Notes under the pieces: model-generated
Told to the model about the DNA's origin: nothing
Seen by the model: the letters and a program-made list of their open reading frames with translations, nothing else
Databases searched by the model: none
Translations under genes and position numbers: made by a program
Assembly (NCBI GenBank): GCA_040285825.1
Contig: JAUPSS010000002.1
Coordinates: 3,162,001 to 3,226,000, forward strand
Direction: 5' to 3'
DNA: 64,000 bases
DNA from: Eukaryota sp. TZLM1-RC
Taxonomy: Eukaryota > Protista > Metamonada: BaSk clade
Shown here: positions 1 to 12,599 of the stretch, piece after piece
How the letters are laid out: the number at the start of each line of letters is the position of its first letter
How positions within the stretch are numbered: the first letter of the stretch is position 1

Positions 1-1
1 A

Positions 2-2986
2 ATGGAGGGAGAAGACGACTCTTCTGAGGGGTTCTACAAGTTATTAAGAGAGGACGCGGAGGCTTACCTCGAACCAACAGATTTCTGTCTGTTCGAGCAA
101 CTTCCCCTTTATGGAGTTACGTTCAAAAAAAGAGGCAGAAACGTTGGTTTTCAGACCCTCGGAATGATTGGGGATACCCAAAAGGTATTGGAAATTCCCC
201 TCAATGAAAGGAATGAACTCATAAAGGCACTCGATAAATTGAGTAGAGAGACATTCGGGCGTAACGCAGAACGCCGCCCCAGAATCTCTGGAATGGACAA
301 GAGAATCAATGAATTGATGTCTCTTCCCATCAAAGATAGATTGGATTGGAAGGCCTCCTTCCTAGATCAATACGGCAGGAGAATAAGGTTTCTCTCCATC
401 GAACAGAGAAGTAGGACCGACTCGGAAGACATCCTACAATCCAAATTGCCTGCCTGGTTTGATCCTAACTTTGATACGGAAATCCATAATTACACGGAGC
501 TGACAGAGGGTGCACCCACATATTTTAGGGAATTTATGGAGCAGGAGGATAGTAGTGAACTAGACAAGCTTGAACCAGTAACCCCCTGGTTTGATGCAGA
601 CGCTCTAAATAACATTCATACGGAACGATCAGCTGTATCCACGTATAGGAGCCGTCCTAACAACTACACCCAACAACATGGTAACTCGTTCACAAAACAA
701 CGAGAGTTTAGACAATGGGTAACGGGAGATCCATCCACATCTCTCCACCTTCCCAAACTGCCTGTTGTAGCCCCTATAATTTCTGAAAAAAGCCAACCAA
801 TACAGGTCTGCTCTATCGACAGCATACCCGATCATGTTCCAACAGTGAACGTCCCGGAACCTGTAACAAGACAAGACGTTGCACCTCAGGAAGAACCAAC
901 TTCCTCTCAACCCATGGAAAGTGAAATTGGAGAAGACATTGAGTTGAACGGGCCAGTCGTTGGAGAAACGGCTCCTTTTCAACCCTCAGTAAGAGACTCT
1001 TCTTCCGATAGACCTATGCGTATTGAGGACCTACAATCCTCAAGAAGAGCTATTGACATGAGCATAGCTAGTAGCCTTCATAGACAGATTGATCCACGGT
1101 CTAAGGATATCGACTATAAAAGACCTCGATTATCCGCTGATGACCCTATTAACAAAATGTCTATCATAGCTTTTCTTTTAAAATTTCAAACTTGGGATAA
1201 ATACGGGCGAAAGATAGTTAATAGAAGCTTCGAAGCCCCAGGTCAATCAGATTGGACCAGAGCCTTTATGATAGCTACCCAGCTATTTGGAGAAGGCCAA
1301 GCAGAAATAACCCAAGATAGGATTAAAGATCTCCCCAAACATATACGCGACGAGATCACCAGGGATACAACACAGCCTTTGGTAAGGATTGATCCAGCTA
1401 TAACAGATAAGCTCGGACCCCCAATCCACCATTATGATTTATTTAGGAGCATGATGATGAGCACTTGCCCCACAGGAATATCCAGCATGATCGACCCTAG
1501 CCTTCTATCTAGATGGCAGAGTCAAGGTTTACTCGGTGTTGATTATACCGACGCCGACGTCATGGTATTTCTGTTAAAAAGAACGCAATTCACATCATAT
1601 CATGAGGCTTGTACAGCTCTAATGAAGCCTAGAATAAATTGGAGGAAAATCCACAATAGGCATGAGGCTGACAACGAGTTTGGTCGTTATGTAGAAGATT
1701 TTGGAGACGTCTTGAGAATGACCACCTACATGACCGACCTAACCATCCCTGATTTAATTAGAGGAAGCAGTGGGTTGATAACCATATCTCCCGCTCTAAT
1801 AGCCGAGTACTTCCTTATGGGTCTGGATAACTTTGCTATATCAAGCGAACTCCTCCCAGTATGGACTAGGGAAACCTTGTGGGACTCACCGAACAGAACA
1901 ACTCTACTCGATTTGATATCGACAACGAGAAGACATTTCCTCGCTTGGTGTTACACAGCAGGAAACAAGCCCACAATGGATGTACTAAGGAACAGGGCTA
2001 ACGAAGAAGATATTCCTTTGGGACTCACGGCAATGAGAACTTACTCAAGAGGAGTAACACCATCAGCCCAGGCTCCAACAAAACGAGCAAGACGATCAGG
2101 TGGAAAGTCAAGAGGAACCCCTCAACACAAATACATCCCTGAAAAGCATGAACGAGAAGGGTCAAAATTCTGTACATTCTGCAGCAACGTCGAAGGTAAC
2201 AATCCTGTTGGCCACACTGTATTCGAATGCAAAGATCCTCGTTGTGCTAGAAGCAGAGTTCCCAAAGAAGAAAGATTCAGATTAGGAGAACAGGAGGCGC
2301 CTGCTAGTAGAGGCAGTGTAGAAAGGGGCCGAGGTGGCCGTGGTAGACGTGTACATAGATTCAAATTTAGAGGCCGTGGAGGCCGTTATAGAGGTCATAA
2401 AGGAAGAGGTCAGTACAGACCTATACATAACATAAACACAACAGAGGACATATCATCAAACGCATCCCCTACTGAGTCAAAACCGACCCGTTCGAGTACG
2501 GTTCCTCACAGACGGATCAACAACAGCAACCGGAACAGCAGGACAGGCAACTTTCCTAATCGGGTACATATCAACGCAATCAATCACAACGAATCAACAA
2601 CCGATTTAGGAAACCCAGTCAACAACTTTCCAACAGCTCAACAAAATCTTTTAATTCCTCTACAAATTCACCAAACCAGCTCTGATATCAATAGCATTTT
2701 TGATATTAATTCTACGGTTAGTGAAAACCACGTCAGGTCCCAGCGTTCTCCATTTCTAAGACTGGAGATATCAATAAATGATATTAAAATGATTGCGACT
2801 ATAGATTCGGCTGCGTTTTGTTCAGTTATTACTGCAGATTTAGCTGAACAATGCCATATGTCAATCAATAGCAAGGATACTATTAAGTTCTTACCAGCTA
2901 ATAACGTATCCACAAAAATCGCTAGGGAGTGCAACTGGTATTCTGTCGTTCAACGTAGGAAGCATTGCGCAACAAGTTCACTATAA
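2..2986 (+). CDS. Gag (long) plus start of aspartic protease, element A
   Basis: 994-aa ORF with CTFC-x10-H-x4-C knuckle, RG-rich tract and MIATIDSAAFCS protease motif; may begin upstream of the window. Confidence 0.8.
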   Translation: MEGEDDSSEGFYKLLREDAEAYLEPTDFCLFEQLPLYGVTFKKRGRNVGFQTLGMIGDTQKVLEIPLNERNELIKALDKLSRETFGRNAERRPRISGMDKRINELMSLPIKDRLDWKASFLDQYGRRIRFLSIEQRSRTDSEDILQSKLPAWFDPNFDTEIHNYTELTEGAPTYFREFMEQEDSSELDKLEPVTPWFDADALNNIHTERSAVSTYRSRPNNYTQQHGNSFTKQREFRQWVTGDPSTSLHLPKLPVVAPIISEKSQPIQVCSIDSIPDHVPTVNVPEPVTRQDVAPQEEPTSSQPMESEIGEDIELNGPVVGETAPFQPSVRDSSSDRPMRIEDLQSSRRAIDMSIASSLHRQIDPRSKDIDYKRPRLSADDPINKMSIIAFLLKFQTWDKYGRKIVNRSFEAPGQSDWTRAFMIATQLFGEGQAEITQDRIKDLPKHIRDEITRDTTQPLVRIDPAITDKLGPPIHHYDLFRSMMMSTCPTGISSMIDPSLLSRWQSQGLLGVDYTDADVMVFLLKRTQFTSYHEACTALMKPRINWRKIHNRHEADNEFGRYVEDFGDVLRMTTYMTDLTIPDLIRGSSGLITISPALIAEYFLMGLDNFAISSELLPVWTRETLWDSPNRTTLLDLISTTRRHFLAWCYTAGNKPTMDVLRNRANEEDIPLGLTAMRTYSRGVTPSAQAPTKRARRSGGKSRGTPQHKYIPEKHEREGSKFCTFCSNVEGNNPVGHTVFECKDPRCARSRVPKEERFRLGEQEAPASRGSVERGRGGRGRRVHRFKFRGRGGRYRGHKGRGQYRPIHNINTTEDISSNASPTESKPTRSSTVPHRRINNSNRNSRTGNFPNRVHINAINHNESTTDLGNPVNNFPTAQQNLLIPLQIHQTSSDINSIFDINSTVSENHVRSQRSPFLRLEISINDIKMIATIDSAAFCSVITADLAEQCHMSINSKDTIKFLPANNVSTKIARECNWYSVVQRRKHCATSSL

Positions 2987-5900
2987 ACATACTCTTCCCA
3001 TAATCCCGGGTTCGAACAAATTATTAATAGGGACAGACATGTTAAAAAGCACTTGGGCTTCAGACGGATGATGGTCTTTTCATTAGATTAGACAAAGAAC
3101 ACCGCACTTTGCTAAATGCAGAATCAGAATTCGACTCTAGGATCGCTCAACATTCGATTGGGAACTTAGATAACCAATCACCAAGTCCTTCTGATTTTGA
3201 GGAGCAATTAGCAAGATCTGGATGTGAGATAAATTTAGATGATAGTAATAATAAATTAAAAATTAACGAGTCTACTAAAATTATTCAGCGATGTTTTTAG
3301 TGAAACTCCTAATAGAAAAGGAATCGATTGTAATCCTCTAACAATCCCCTTTAGAGATGAGAATGCTATAGTACATAAACCTGCTAGACGGTTAAATCCC
3401 AGCAAAATGGAAATAGCAAACAAAATATTTGATGAACTGATCGAAATGGGCTATGCAGTTGAATCTAATTATAAATTCAGCTCTCCTATTGTCTTAGTTA
3501 TATACCCTGACGGCAAAAACCCAGGTTAACTGGAGACTTTAGTGGTAAAGATGGAGTTAATGCCCATACGATTTCAGTAGAGCCTAATCTACCTAGGATT
3601 AGTGATATATTAGAATTTTTGAGTAGAGCAAATTACATCGCCACGCTTGATTTTACCAAAAGCTTTCTGGCAGATGAATGTTGCTGAGAAGGATATTGAG
3701 AAAACATCAATCTCAATCCCTGGAAGATCAATTATGTTTAAAAGAGCTTGCTTCGGATTAAAGAACATCCCAGCAGTTTTCCAAAATGTAATGATGGAAA
3801 TATTCCAAATTGATGGCGTTTTTATATATATTGATGATATCATAATAGTTGGAACGACTTTCGAAGATTTCTATAAGAGATTACAAAGAGTCCTCCAATG
3901 CGCCAGAAATAGACGTGTAAATATAGGCTTACGTAAATGTAAATTCGTAACATCAAAAACACCCTATCGACATTTTAGGAAGTACCTTCCAGGATAAAAC
4001 TAGATTTATAAGTAAGAAAAAAATCGAAGCCTTGATGAGAATCCCTAGACCAAAAACAGTGAAAGAAGTTCGCTCATTGGTAGGATCCATCAATTATATT
4101 AGAGATTGGCTTCCAGGTATTTCTGAATTAATTGCTCCAATTAACGAGCTAATTAAAGGAAAACCCAGAATAATTAAATGGACTTGCAAGCATGACGATT
4201 ACTTAAAACAAATAAAAGACCTAATAGTAAACCACATGCCCCTTGAATTACCAACTCCGGGCAAGCGAGTATTGATAAGTACTGACGCTTCAGATGTAGC
4301 AGTAGGAGGTGTTATTTGGCAAGAAATTGAACCCTACTCCCCTGCAGGAACCCCGCTAAATAAAAGGAAAGTGAAACCTTTGTCATTCTATAGTAGATTA
4401 CTTACAGAAACACAAAGAAAATGGTCCACCTTACAAAAAGAATTATACGCAATACTTCTGATTTTAACTGAAAGTTGTTTAGAAAGCTACTTGTTAACTA
4501 GACATTTAACAATTTTCACAGATCATAAAAACATTGCATTCCTGGCTACAGCCCCAGAGAAAAATAGAATTGTAAAGAGATGGCTGCCGATACTATCTGA
4601 ATTCGACTTTGACATAGTCCACGAACCTGGTGAAGACAACCATTGGGCAGATATGTTATCGAGGAATATTGATTTGGATCAAAACGAGGAAACTCCTTCT
4701 ATTTGTAGTATAAATATACCAGACACTTTACTTTCAAATTACGAGATACCTCCACTAGACGATGATTCTGATTCGGATCTTGAAGACATCCCTTCAATCT
4801 CATCTCTAAGTAGACACCAAGACCTACCTATTTTTTCTTCTTGGCTGTCTAAGATAAGATCTGAACAACAAATAGCCAAAAACAACAACGACTCTTTATT
4901 TGATAACGCAATTCTAGATGTAAACACTCAAATTTGGAAAAATAATAAAAACAAAATTTTGATTCCAAAGAGCCTCAGAAAACAGGCACTATTATTAATA
5001 CATGGTTTGGTTCAATCTGGTCACCCCAGCAAAAACGATAGTTTACACAAACTGTCCAAAAGTGATTTCTACTGGCCCAATATGAGAAAGGACCTTATTA
5101 ATCATGTCAAAAGATGCCCAACTTGTCAAAAAAACGGCTCCAGTTAAAAGATCAAAAACACCTTCCACAGGATCTTTATGGGCAGATCGTCCTTTTGCCA
5201 GATTAAATGTCGATACAATTGGACCCCTAAATTCTGACAACGAAGGAAATAAATATCTATTAGTATTTGTAGACTCTTTTACTAGATATACAATTTTAGT
5301 CCCTCTAAAAAGAACTCAATGCCTTAGAAACCGCAGATGCCTTGATTTGGAATGTTTGCGCTATCTTTGGCATACCTATGTTAATTCATAGTGATAATGG
5401 ACCTGAGTTCGCCAATGAGACTTTCAAAATAGTGTGTAACAGATTAGCGATTGAGATGAGTAACTCAATTCCCCACTATTCAGAAAGTAATGGACTTGTA
5501 GAACGTAAACATAGAGACGTTCTTCAATGCTTAAGGAAACTATTAATAGATTTCAATGATTACGGAAATTGGTCTACATACGTACCTATATCCCAACTAT
5601 TAATAAATTCTACTAAAAGCAGAAAAACTGGTTTTTACCCCATACGAACTCATGTTCGGTTCTTCGATTAGTCCAAGAACAGACCCTGCTAATATATTAG
5701 GAAATTTATCCAAATTTGAAACTAATATCCCTTTATTAGATGACATCAAAATGAAAAACACTCGTCTACAAGAAAAAGGGAAGAAGCAGAGCGTCACCAA
5801 ACATTAAATACTCCGTCTTCAGTAGATAATACTAATTCGTGTTTTATAGTATTTAATATTGGTGACTACGTCTTACGTAAAAACCAAGCAAAATAATAAA

Positions 5901-6336
5901 TTGCATGGATCTTGGAATGGACCATTTTTAGTTATTGACCTTCCTTCCAAATCCACTTTATTATTGAAGAATCTTACTACTGGCACAGAATTAAAAGCTG
6001 CCAAGAAAGATTGCAAAATCTATAACGCAGAAAATCCACAGGACATTGAATTCCTCAAGGCAGTCGCTGCAGGCGATTCCGAAAAAACACGTTATAGAGA
6101 AAATCCTCTCAGAATACCACTCTGATTCAGGTAGTTTCTGTACTGTTCAGTGGTTTGGCGGTGAGACAACAGAAGAGCCACTCCATTCGGTTAAACATTC
6201 AGAAGCTTATAAGTTATTTAGTAAGGATAACAAGAAAATTGGAAAACGTACCACTAGTCGACGACAAAGTACCTCCAATGAGTCTACGCCTTCTAAGAGG
6301 CCTAGACGCAGTTATAGAATTAGGAAGAGGAGCTAA
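2987..6336 (+). pseudogene. pol (RT, RNase H, integrase, chromodomain) broken by many frameshifts
   Basis: Consecutive ORFs 3109-3300, 3647-3997, 4032-5147, 5104-5391, 5342-5671, 5859-6125 and 6046-6336 carry collinear pol motifs. Breaks are mostly 1-nt shifts, some near homopolymers, so some may be assembly errors. Confidence 0.85.
5772..5789 (+). promoter_or_regulatory. Internal (central) copy of the polypurine tract, element A
   Basis: GAAAAAGGGAAGAAGCAG, identical to the 3' PPT at 6448-6465. Confidence 0.6.
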
Positions 6337-6447
6337 TTCTTAGTTTATATCGATTATTTATATTATATCGATTATATGTATTTATTATAGTTGTTTTGTT
6401 AATTGTATATAGTTTTTATTTCATATTCATATAAGCTGATTTATTTT

Positions 6448-6465
6448 GAAAAAGGGAAGAAGCAG
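6448..6465 (+). promoter_or_regulatory. 3' polypurine tract, element A
   Basis: Purine run directly before TGTTG; same GGGAAGAAGYAG|TGTTG pattern as the mini element at 48150-48166. Confidence 0.8.
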
Positions 6466-6544
6466 TGTTGGCGCCCTAAGGCTTATATAATATGAATAGA
6501 AAATAAATCAGACTTTTCTTTACTACAATAGACTTTAGGCAACA
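6466..6544 (+). repeat. Candidate 3' LTR of element A (79 bp)
   Basis: TGTTG...CAACA terminal inverted repeat after the PPT; the partner LTR is not in the window, so the end is uncertain. Confidence 0.5.
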
Positions 6545-6786
6545 GACATGTGAATGATAGAGATAAATTTCCTTTCATGCTGTGGTCATAACAAAGATAA
6601 GTAAAGTGCAGGATAGTTTATTGAATTTCACTGGTCCTTATAAAGGCTATCACTAGGGAATTGCTATTTCATATGTAGACGAACTAGTCACAGTACAACA
6701 CCTTATTATAAAGTTAATTTTTAGGCCACTATTTGGACTGCAAATACTATTTAAGGTCATTTTTCTTCCAGTTATTGACACCAACA

Positions 6787-6862
6787 GCCTGTCTGTAAAT
6801 GTGAAGATATCGATTTTGTCCCATTATTGGGAACATGTGAAGCACAGTATAGGCTGTGCATC
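6787..6862 (+). pseudogene. SWIM zinc-finger-like remnant (possible MULE transposase debris)
   Basis: PVCKCEDIDFVPLLGTC then, after a frameshift, KHSIGCA = CxC-xn-CxH pattern. Confidence 0.3.
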
Positions 6863-6883
6863 ACAAAGAATCCCCATGCCGAT

Positions 6884-6943
6884 AAAATAAAAAATAAAAT
6901 AAAAATAAAATAAAAAATAAAATAAAATAAATAAATAAATAAA
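6884..6943 (+). repeat. (AAAAT/AAAT)n microsatellite
   Basis: Direct reading; flanked by CCATGCCGAT on both sides. Confidence 0.9.
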
Positions 6944-8652
6944 CCATGCCGATTCTCTTTAAATTAGTATAGTAAAATAGTGAAGTCAACATTTGTAATT
7001 ACATTTGTTTTATATCAATGTTTGTTATTCAAACAAAACACCACTATATTGTGGAACTATTTACAAAAACAATCAAAGATTCGCCTCTGGGAACAACAAG
7101 CTTGAAAAAGCAATCAAAAAATCGTTCATCTTTTACATATGAATGTTACCAAAAAGATGGTGAAGTATAAATTAAACATTTCAATACACAATTCAATTCT
7201 AAACTCACTGGTACATGAATCCGCGAAAGCAACACCCAACTGTTCTGATAAAACAGACAACACAACTGATCCTTCAAGATGGGAAAAACTCAAGAATCTG
7301 GTTCATAATGTAACATGTTACCGATCTTAACTATATCAAGTACTCATTTTCGTTATTGCACTTTTCATTATGTTATAGTTTATATCGTATTAATATCAGA
7401 TTTTATGTATTTAACTCTACATTGCACAAAATTGAAAAGCACGCATTTCTATCATCGTTTGAGTTTCTGATTCTTTGGTTCGGTTGTCCAATTTTCTGAA
7501 GTGGATACTACTTTCAATTTTATTTATTTATTTTATTTTCTACCCATTTTACATTCAGTAGTCAGTGATTTTCTAGGTCAACAAATTGAAATCAATCAAA
7601 TTTGTCAATCCTATTCAAATGAACTTCAAGCCATCGTAATATTCTAAAATTCAAGGAACGACCAATCAACAGTTTTAATTCAATTCAAGGCAGATGCTTT
7701 TTCACCACCTTTTTGAATCACAGGTTAAGGACTTAATGAAAAAAGTGACTGATCGATCTAAATCTGATTAAAGTACAATTCTACTTTTCCAAGCCCTGCT
7801 AAATAATTGGTTTAAAAGAACTCAAATACACTGAGATAAATATTACTGTTGGGGTGACAAGTTTAATTAATTTGAACAATTTTTTTCAAAAACAACTTAT
7901 TAATGTCAACATTAATTCTTGTCAATAAAAAATGCCAAAAAAGCCCGACTTCACTCCACTTGCGTGTTTCATCTCTCTTAAAAATCAAATAGAAGAAATT
8001 AAAAAAGAATAAGGAATCAATTACTCCTTATTCAAATCAATTTATTGCAGAAAAAATGGAGCAATGTGTTTTATAAAAACAATTTATAAAATGAGAATCC
8101 TGGAAACGAAGCTTAATGATTTAAAGAATGTACAAATAAAAAAACTCTTAGCCTAGTGAAAGGACATTGACAGCAAGACAATCTTCCTTATCAGCAAAAT
8201 GGAAAAAGAAAAGACAATTTCACTGTTCCGACCTAAGCCGATCTATTGGGAGTACCGTTTTTAATGGTGTAGCACGGAGCAAAAGCTGATTCTCGAGATG
8301 GTTGCATGTCATTGTAGCGTCATACGAAAGGTTTTTTCTATGAATGATGAATGGGATGTTGAAAGGTGAAACAGTGAAGATATAGGGTTGTAATTATGTT
8401 GAACAGACAAGAGTTAAGCTGCATTACGTTTGGTTCTTACCGTTTAGGAGAGAAAAGATAAAACACAGATGACAGAGAAGAAGGAAAACAAACAAGTGAA
8501 AGCGCTTCATATGAATCCGATCAATCAGTTCTCTGGCTGATCTAGATGTGAGATGGTTCTCTGGATCTGAGATGAAACTCCACCCATGCAAGTCATTGAG
8601 AAGAATATTTTGGAAAAATCAGATATCTGTCCAATTGTTCTCTCTTCTCATC

Positions 8653-9363
8653 ATGAGTAATGTTGTTTACGTAACCCAACCTCAAGGCCAAGTCGTGATG
8701 CCGCAACCTATCGGAGGTGCTGTTCCTCAGCAACCAATGCAGCAAACTGTAGCATTTGCTCCTCAGCAACCGATGCAACAAGTTGTTCAGCAGCATCAAC
8801 CCGTAAACCCCAATCAGCGAAAAAAGGGAAAAGGTTGCTTGATTTGTATGTTTTAGCTGTATCGATTGATCGTAGTTCTCATTGTCTTTGTCGTTGCTGC
8901 CGTTGTTCACTTTGCTATCATGTTTCTATTGGACTCTGGTGATATCGTCACACGTTATGAGGCCGATGCCAGCGGTACTGGAATCTTTAGTTGGGTCACT
9001 GGCACCTACGCTGTTGACACTGTTGAGAGAAACTTTGTTGGAAGTGCAAGTGTTCCAACATTAGGAACACACGTTGTTTACTGCGTTGATGGAGGTATGA
9101 GTTACAGAGCTTTGGGAATGTGTACCCCAGCTATATCTTTTAATTGCTCCAACGTGGTGGCTACAATCGCCCCAGAAATCCCTGCGGATGCTCAAAACAC
9201 ACAAGGAATCAAAAGCACGTCTGCCGGTACATGCACAATTTGGGAATCTGGATCAAACACCTGGTGTCGCAATGGTGGATGGATATATGAACGATGTGCT
9301 GGTCCTGCTTGTATTGAATTTACCAACCACAAGCGAGTTGGTAGAAGTGCATTTGATTGTTGA
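8653..9363 (+). CDS. Single-pass membrane protein, Q/P-rich N-terminus plus one Cys-rich ectodomain; intron 8846-8875
   Basis: Removing the 30-nt GTATGT...GTAG intron joins MSNVVYV...GCLI to FLIVFVVAAVV in frame; the ectodomain aligns by eye with the 11320/14689/33739 family. Confidence 0.8.
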
Positions 9364-9857
9364 TCTGAGTTTTGAAATTGTGATTGTTGAATAAATTTTT
9401 CGATTAAATGGAAATAGTTACCTGTTTATACGTCAATAAGCAAATTGTGTAATTTTTTTTGTTATCCTCAGTAAGTTAATATCTTCTAGTGACATAATTT
9501 GACCGAGATAATTCAACATTTCAATCACTTCAAATTGAATTAAACCAAATTTAAACTATGCAAGACGTGATACTTTCCTAAACTGGAAAATCACGTTTTA
9601 GCCAAATGGAGATCATCAGTTCTAATACGTTAAATAAAAGGTATCAGCAATTCAGCAAATGTTGAATATCTTTGTAGCTCATTGTTTGCCAATTTAAATT
9701 GACAGAATTAAGTCAAATTTAAACTGTTCAGAAAGAATTCTCTTTTTACAATTAAGACCTTTATTCAAACTTAGAGAAAAAGCCAACAGTTGACAAACAA
9801 CGCAATGTTGTCAACTGTAAAGTTTACTTCATTCTTTCCACTGATAGTTTCAAAGTC

Positions 9858-10975
9858 TTTTTTAGAACTCAATATCCTCAATACACACATCAACATCATC
9901 AAATCTCTTAAGCGCACGATTTTCATACTTTATTCCTAATTGTAATGGTGCTTTGGTCAGCATTTTTGGAATTGCTTTAAGAACACTGAAAACAATTCTG
10001 TTGTGCACAAAATTTGAAGTTCAATTCTTGTCTTGCTCTTTCTTTTATTAAACTTTTGAAACCTTCGAGAAATATAATGCCAGATATTCCATTGTTACCA
10101 AAAAGAGAAACAACAAATGGAATCAGCTGATATTTGACATGCTCAATACGTCCTAGCTGAGATAAGGGTTCGTTGTACTTTTTGATTTTGCTCTTTTCAG
10201 CAAAGCAGAGCGGAGTTTCATCTTTTTGAGCAAAATCAATTGCTGAATCCTTACAAACATCAACAGTGACAACATCAACAACTTTGATAACACCATCAGA
10301 CCCAGCTTTGAATAAATCAGCACGGCGTTTCCCAAAAGTATTTTCATCTTCATTTTCAGGTGACAACATACGCACAAGTGGTTCAACAAAAGCTTCAATG
10401 TGGTGGCTTTTGCACATGTCATATAGTTGGTCTCTAACAGCATCATGAACAACTGAGCGATATGTAATATTAAATTTACAATTGAATAAATGATTCAGAT
10501 TGATGAGCTGACCACAACGACAAATCAAATCATTTGGCACACTGCATGGCCAAAGAAAACACCTCATCCTTAGGGCAGTTGTCCATTGATGCTTATTTAA
10601 CAATACACCATATACATTTGGAATTTGGGAAATAAGACAACTTGAGGTACTTTCCTTAAGATCAATTAAAAAATTGGCAAAAACAGGATTCTTTCTTTTG
10701 CCAAGCTAAGACGTACAGTAAAATTCAAATTTTCAAAAACTTTTAGTATTTTTTTCTGCAATTTGGCGTATGCAAATCTTGAAGAAATCAAACTTCTGAG
10801 TGAATTTTCTTGAATATCGGTAGGAAACCTGTTGGACCATATTTGAGGAGAGAGCCATCCGATTTCATTCTGCAAAGACACCAAATAATCACTAACACAA
10901 TGTTCTATTAAATGTTGGTTTTCAGGAAAACGTTTCAAAAATTCCAAAATGATATTTTTACCTCCACCAGACACA
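9858..10975 (-). mobile_element. 5'-truncated CRE-like non-LTR retrotransposon (CCHC + RLE)
   Basis: CRC...HLFNC, RSVVHDAVRD, RRADL, VVDV motifs; similar to 56507-57362. Confidence 0.85.
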
Positions 10976-11319
10976 GTTTGCTCAGCACAAAAAAGCCAAC
11001 TATTATGTTTTCGGAAAACAAACCAAAAGATGATAGTGATCCAGAAAACGATTTTACCATTCATTCAATTGCTTACATACAATTGAAACATTCACAAAAC
11101 TTTTTACAAGAACCTTTGGAAATAGTCAGTTCTTGATGTTAAAAAAAGGTAAGAACATAATCACAAACGTTAAAAAAGAATTCACTGCTGCTTTTTTATT
11201 GCTGTTCTTTGAAATGTGCCCATTCCAATTTTATTTCACTGTTCTAATGATCTCTCTTTAGAAATTATTCTTTATTCCACAGAAACAAACAACCCAGCAT
11301 TGCATTAACCAATCAATTA

Positions 11320-12076
11320 TCAGCACATACTTGCAATTTCATCAGTTGTAACTTCCCTCTCACCAGTCAACCAAAATACCATTTCTTCATTCTGAAAATA
11401 AACTTTGACTCTGGCAAGATAACCATCCGAAGTTAAACACCACTCAGTTGAACCATGTGTGTACTGAGTACAACTTCTCTGGAAAATGCTCATTCCTCTT
11501 ATTCTGGTGACAGTGACGGTAGAACCTCTCTCAGCTTCAGGGTGAACGGTGAGTGCATCCAAAACAGTTTGAGACATGTCAGAGCATGAAGAAGTGGGAA
11601 TGCCACCGCGACACTTCTTGGAATCGGTACATAAGTGACTAGAGACGCCGTCAAAGTGATTTGAAATCCAAATATCCCGGGCATCAATGTCAACCATGAA
11701 TTCATGACCCTCAAAGAAGTCACGACCATAGAATCGTCGAATCTTCTGTGGGCTTTGATAGGGCTCATCTGCATCCAAGGCCGCAATAGCGACAATGACA
11801 ACGATACACAAGACCAGTAGGGATCCACCAACAATCCCTACGATGATCCAGGGATTGGTACTTTTTCTTTGATTAGTTTTTCAGTCGAACATACTTCGAT
11901 TGGTAAGAGGGTGGGTAGCTTTGTTGCATCATTACGGGTTGTTGTTGAACTGGTTGAGCTTGTTGAAGCACATGAGTTGGGGGTTGCATCGGAACAGCTG
12001 TCTCACCTGTACCTTGTACTGCAGCAGGGTACATGGGCTGGTTCTGTTGGGACTGGGGTTGGGTAGGATGATTCAT
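11320..12076 (-). CDS. Single-pass membrane protein with one Cys-rich domain; intron 11867-11894
   Basis: A 28-nt GTATGT..CTAAT..AAG intron joins MNHPTQ...QSK to KSTNPWIIVGIVGG (TM) and the 11320-11811 ORF. Confidence 0.85.
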
Positions 12077-12599
12077 GATTGGAAGAAGTAAAATATTTGT
12101 TTCAATGATCCTTTTTCAAAAGTCCAAAATTCTTTCCTTTTTTGGACCCTTTTTCTTCATGATTGATCAGTGAAATATCGAAACTACGTTCAAGACGAGA
12201 ATGTGTGATTTGTTTCAAAAACTCTTGACTGATCATTATTCCATTTGTATTCATACAAATGCTATGGTTGTCCCTAAATAATTGATACAATATGTTCCAA
12301 ATAACCACCAGTTTTGATCAGAAAAATGGCACACGATTACTTGAGAACTACATCTTGTTTTGGCTATTCATCATCAGTGCTTTGTGTACACAAATCCTTA
12401 TTGATATTAATACAAGTTGACAATAATGGTTCTAACAAGGACCACTCAAGAATTATAGAAATTTAAAATGCTCCCCTCGAACTTCACAAAATTTATTAAT
12501 TAAAATGTAGACAGATAATCTGTTTGAAAATATCTGCAACTTGGATATCAACTTGCAACTTGCTCTTGATCCACAACATCTTCATTCATTACTATTAAA

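Larger units (their letters stand above)
1..6544 (+). mobile_element. Ty3/Gypsy chromovirus-like LTR retrotransposon A (5' end outside window)
   Basis: Domain order Gag-PR-RT-RH-IN-chromo. PR IDSAA; RT YIDD (3647-3997); RH TDASD...KELYA...FTDH; IN H-x-H...CPTC, DTIGP, SDNGPEF, NGLVER; chromodomain-like HVIEKIL...VQWFG. PPT 6448-6465 followed by TGTTG. The right end is uncertain. Confidence 0.9.

Noticed and set aside
2900-6130. Programmed frameshifting or an alternative genetic code in pol and Fanzor
   Set aside because: Breaks are numerous, differ between copies and include all three stop types; host genes use the standard code. Decay or assembly indels suffice.
6469-6476. TGGCGCCC as a tRNA-Lys primer-binding site
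   Set aside because: It follows the PPT and lies within the 3' LTR start.
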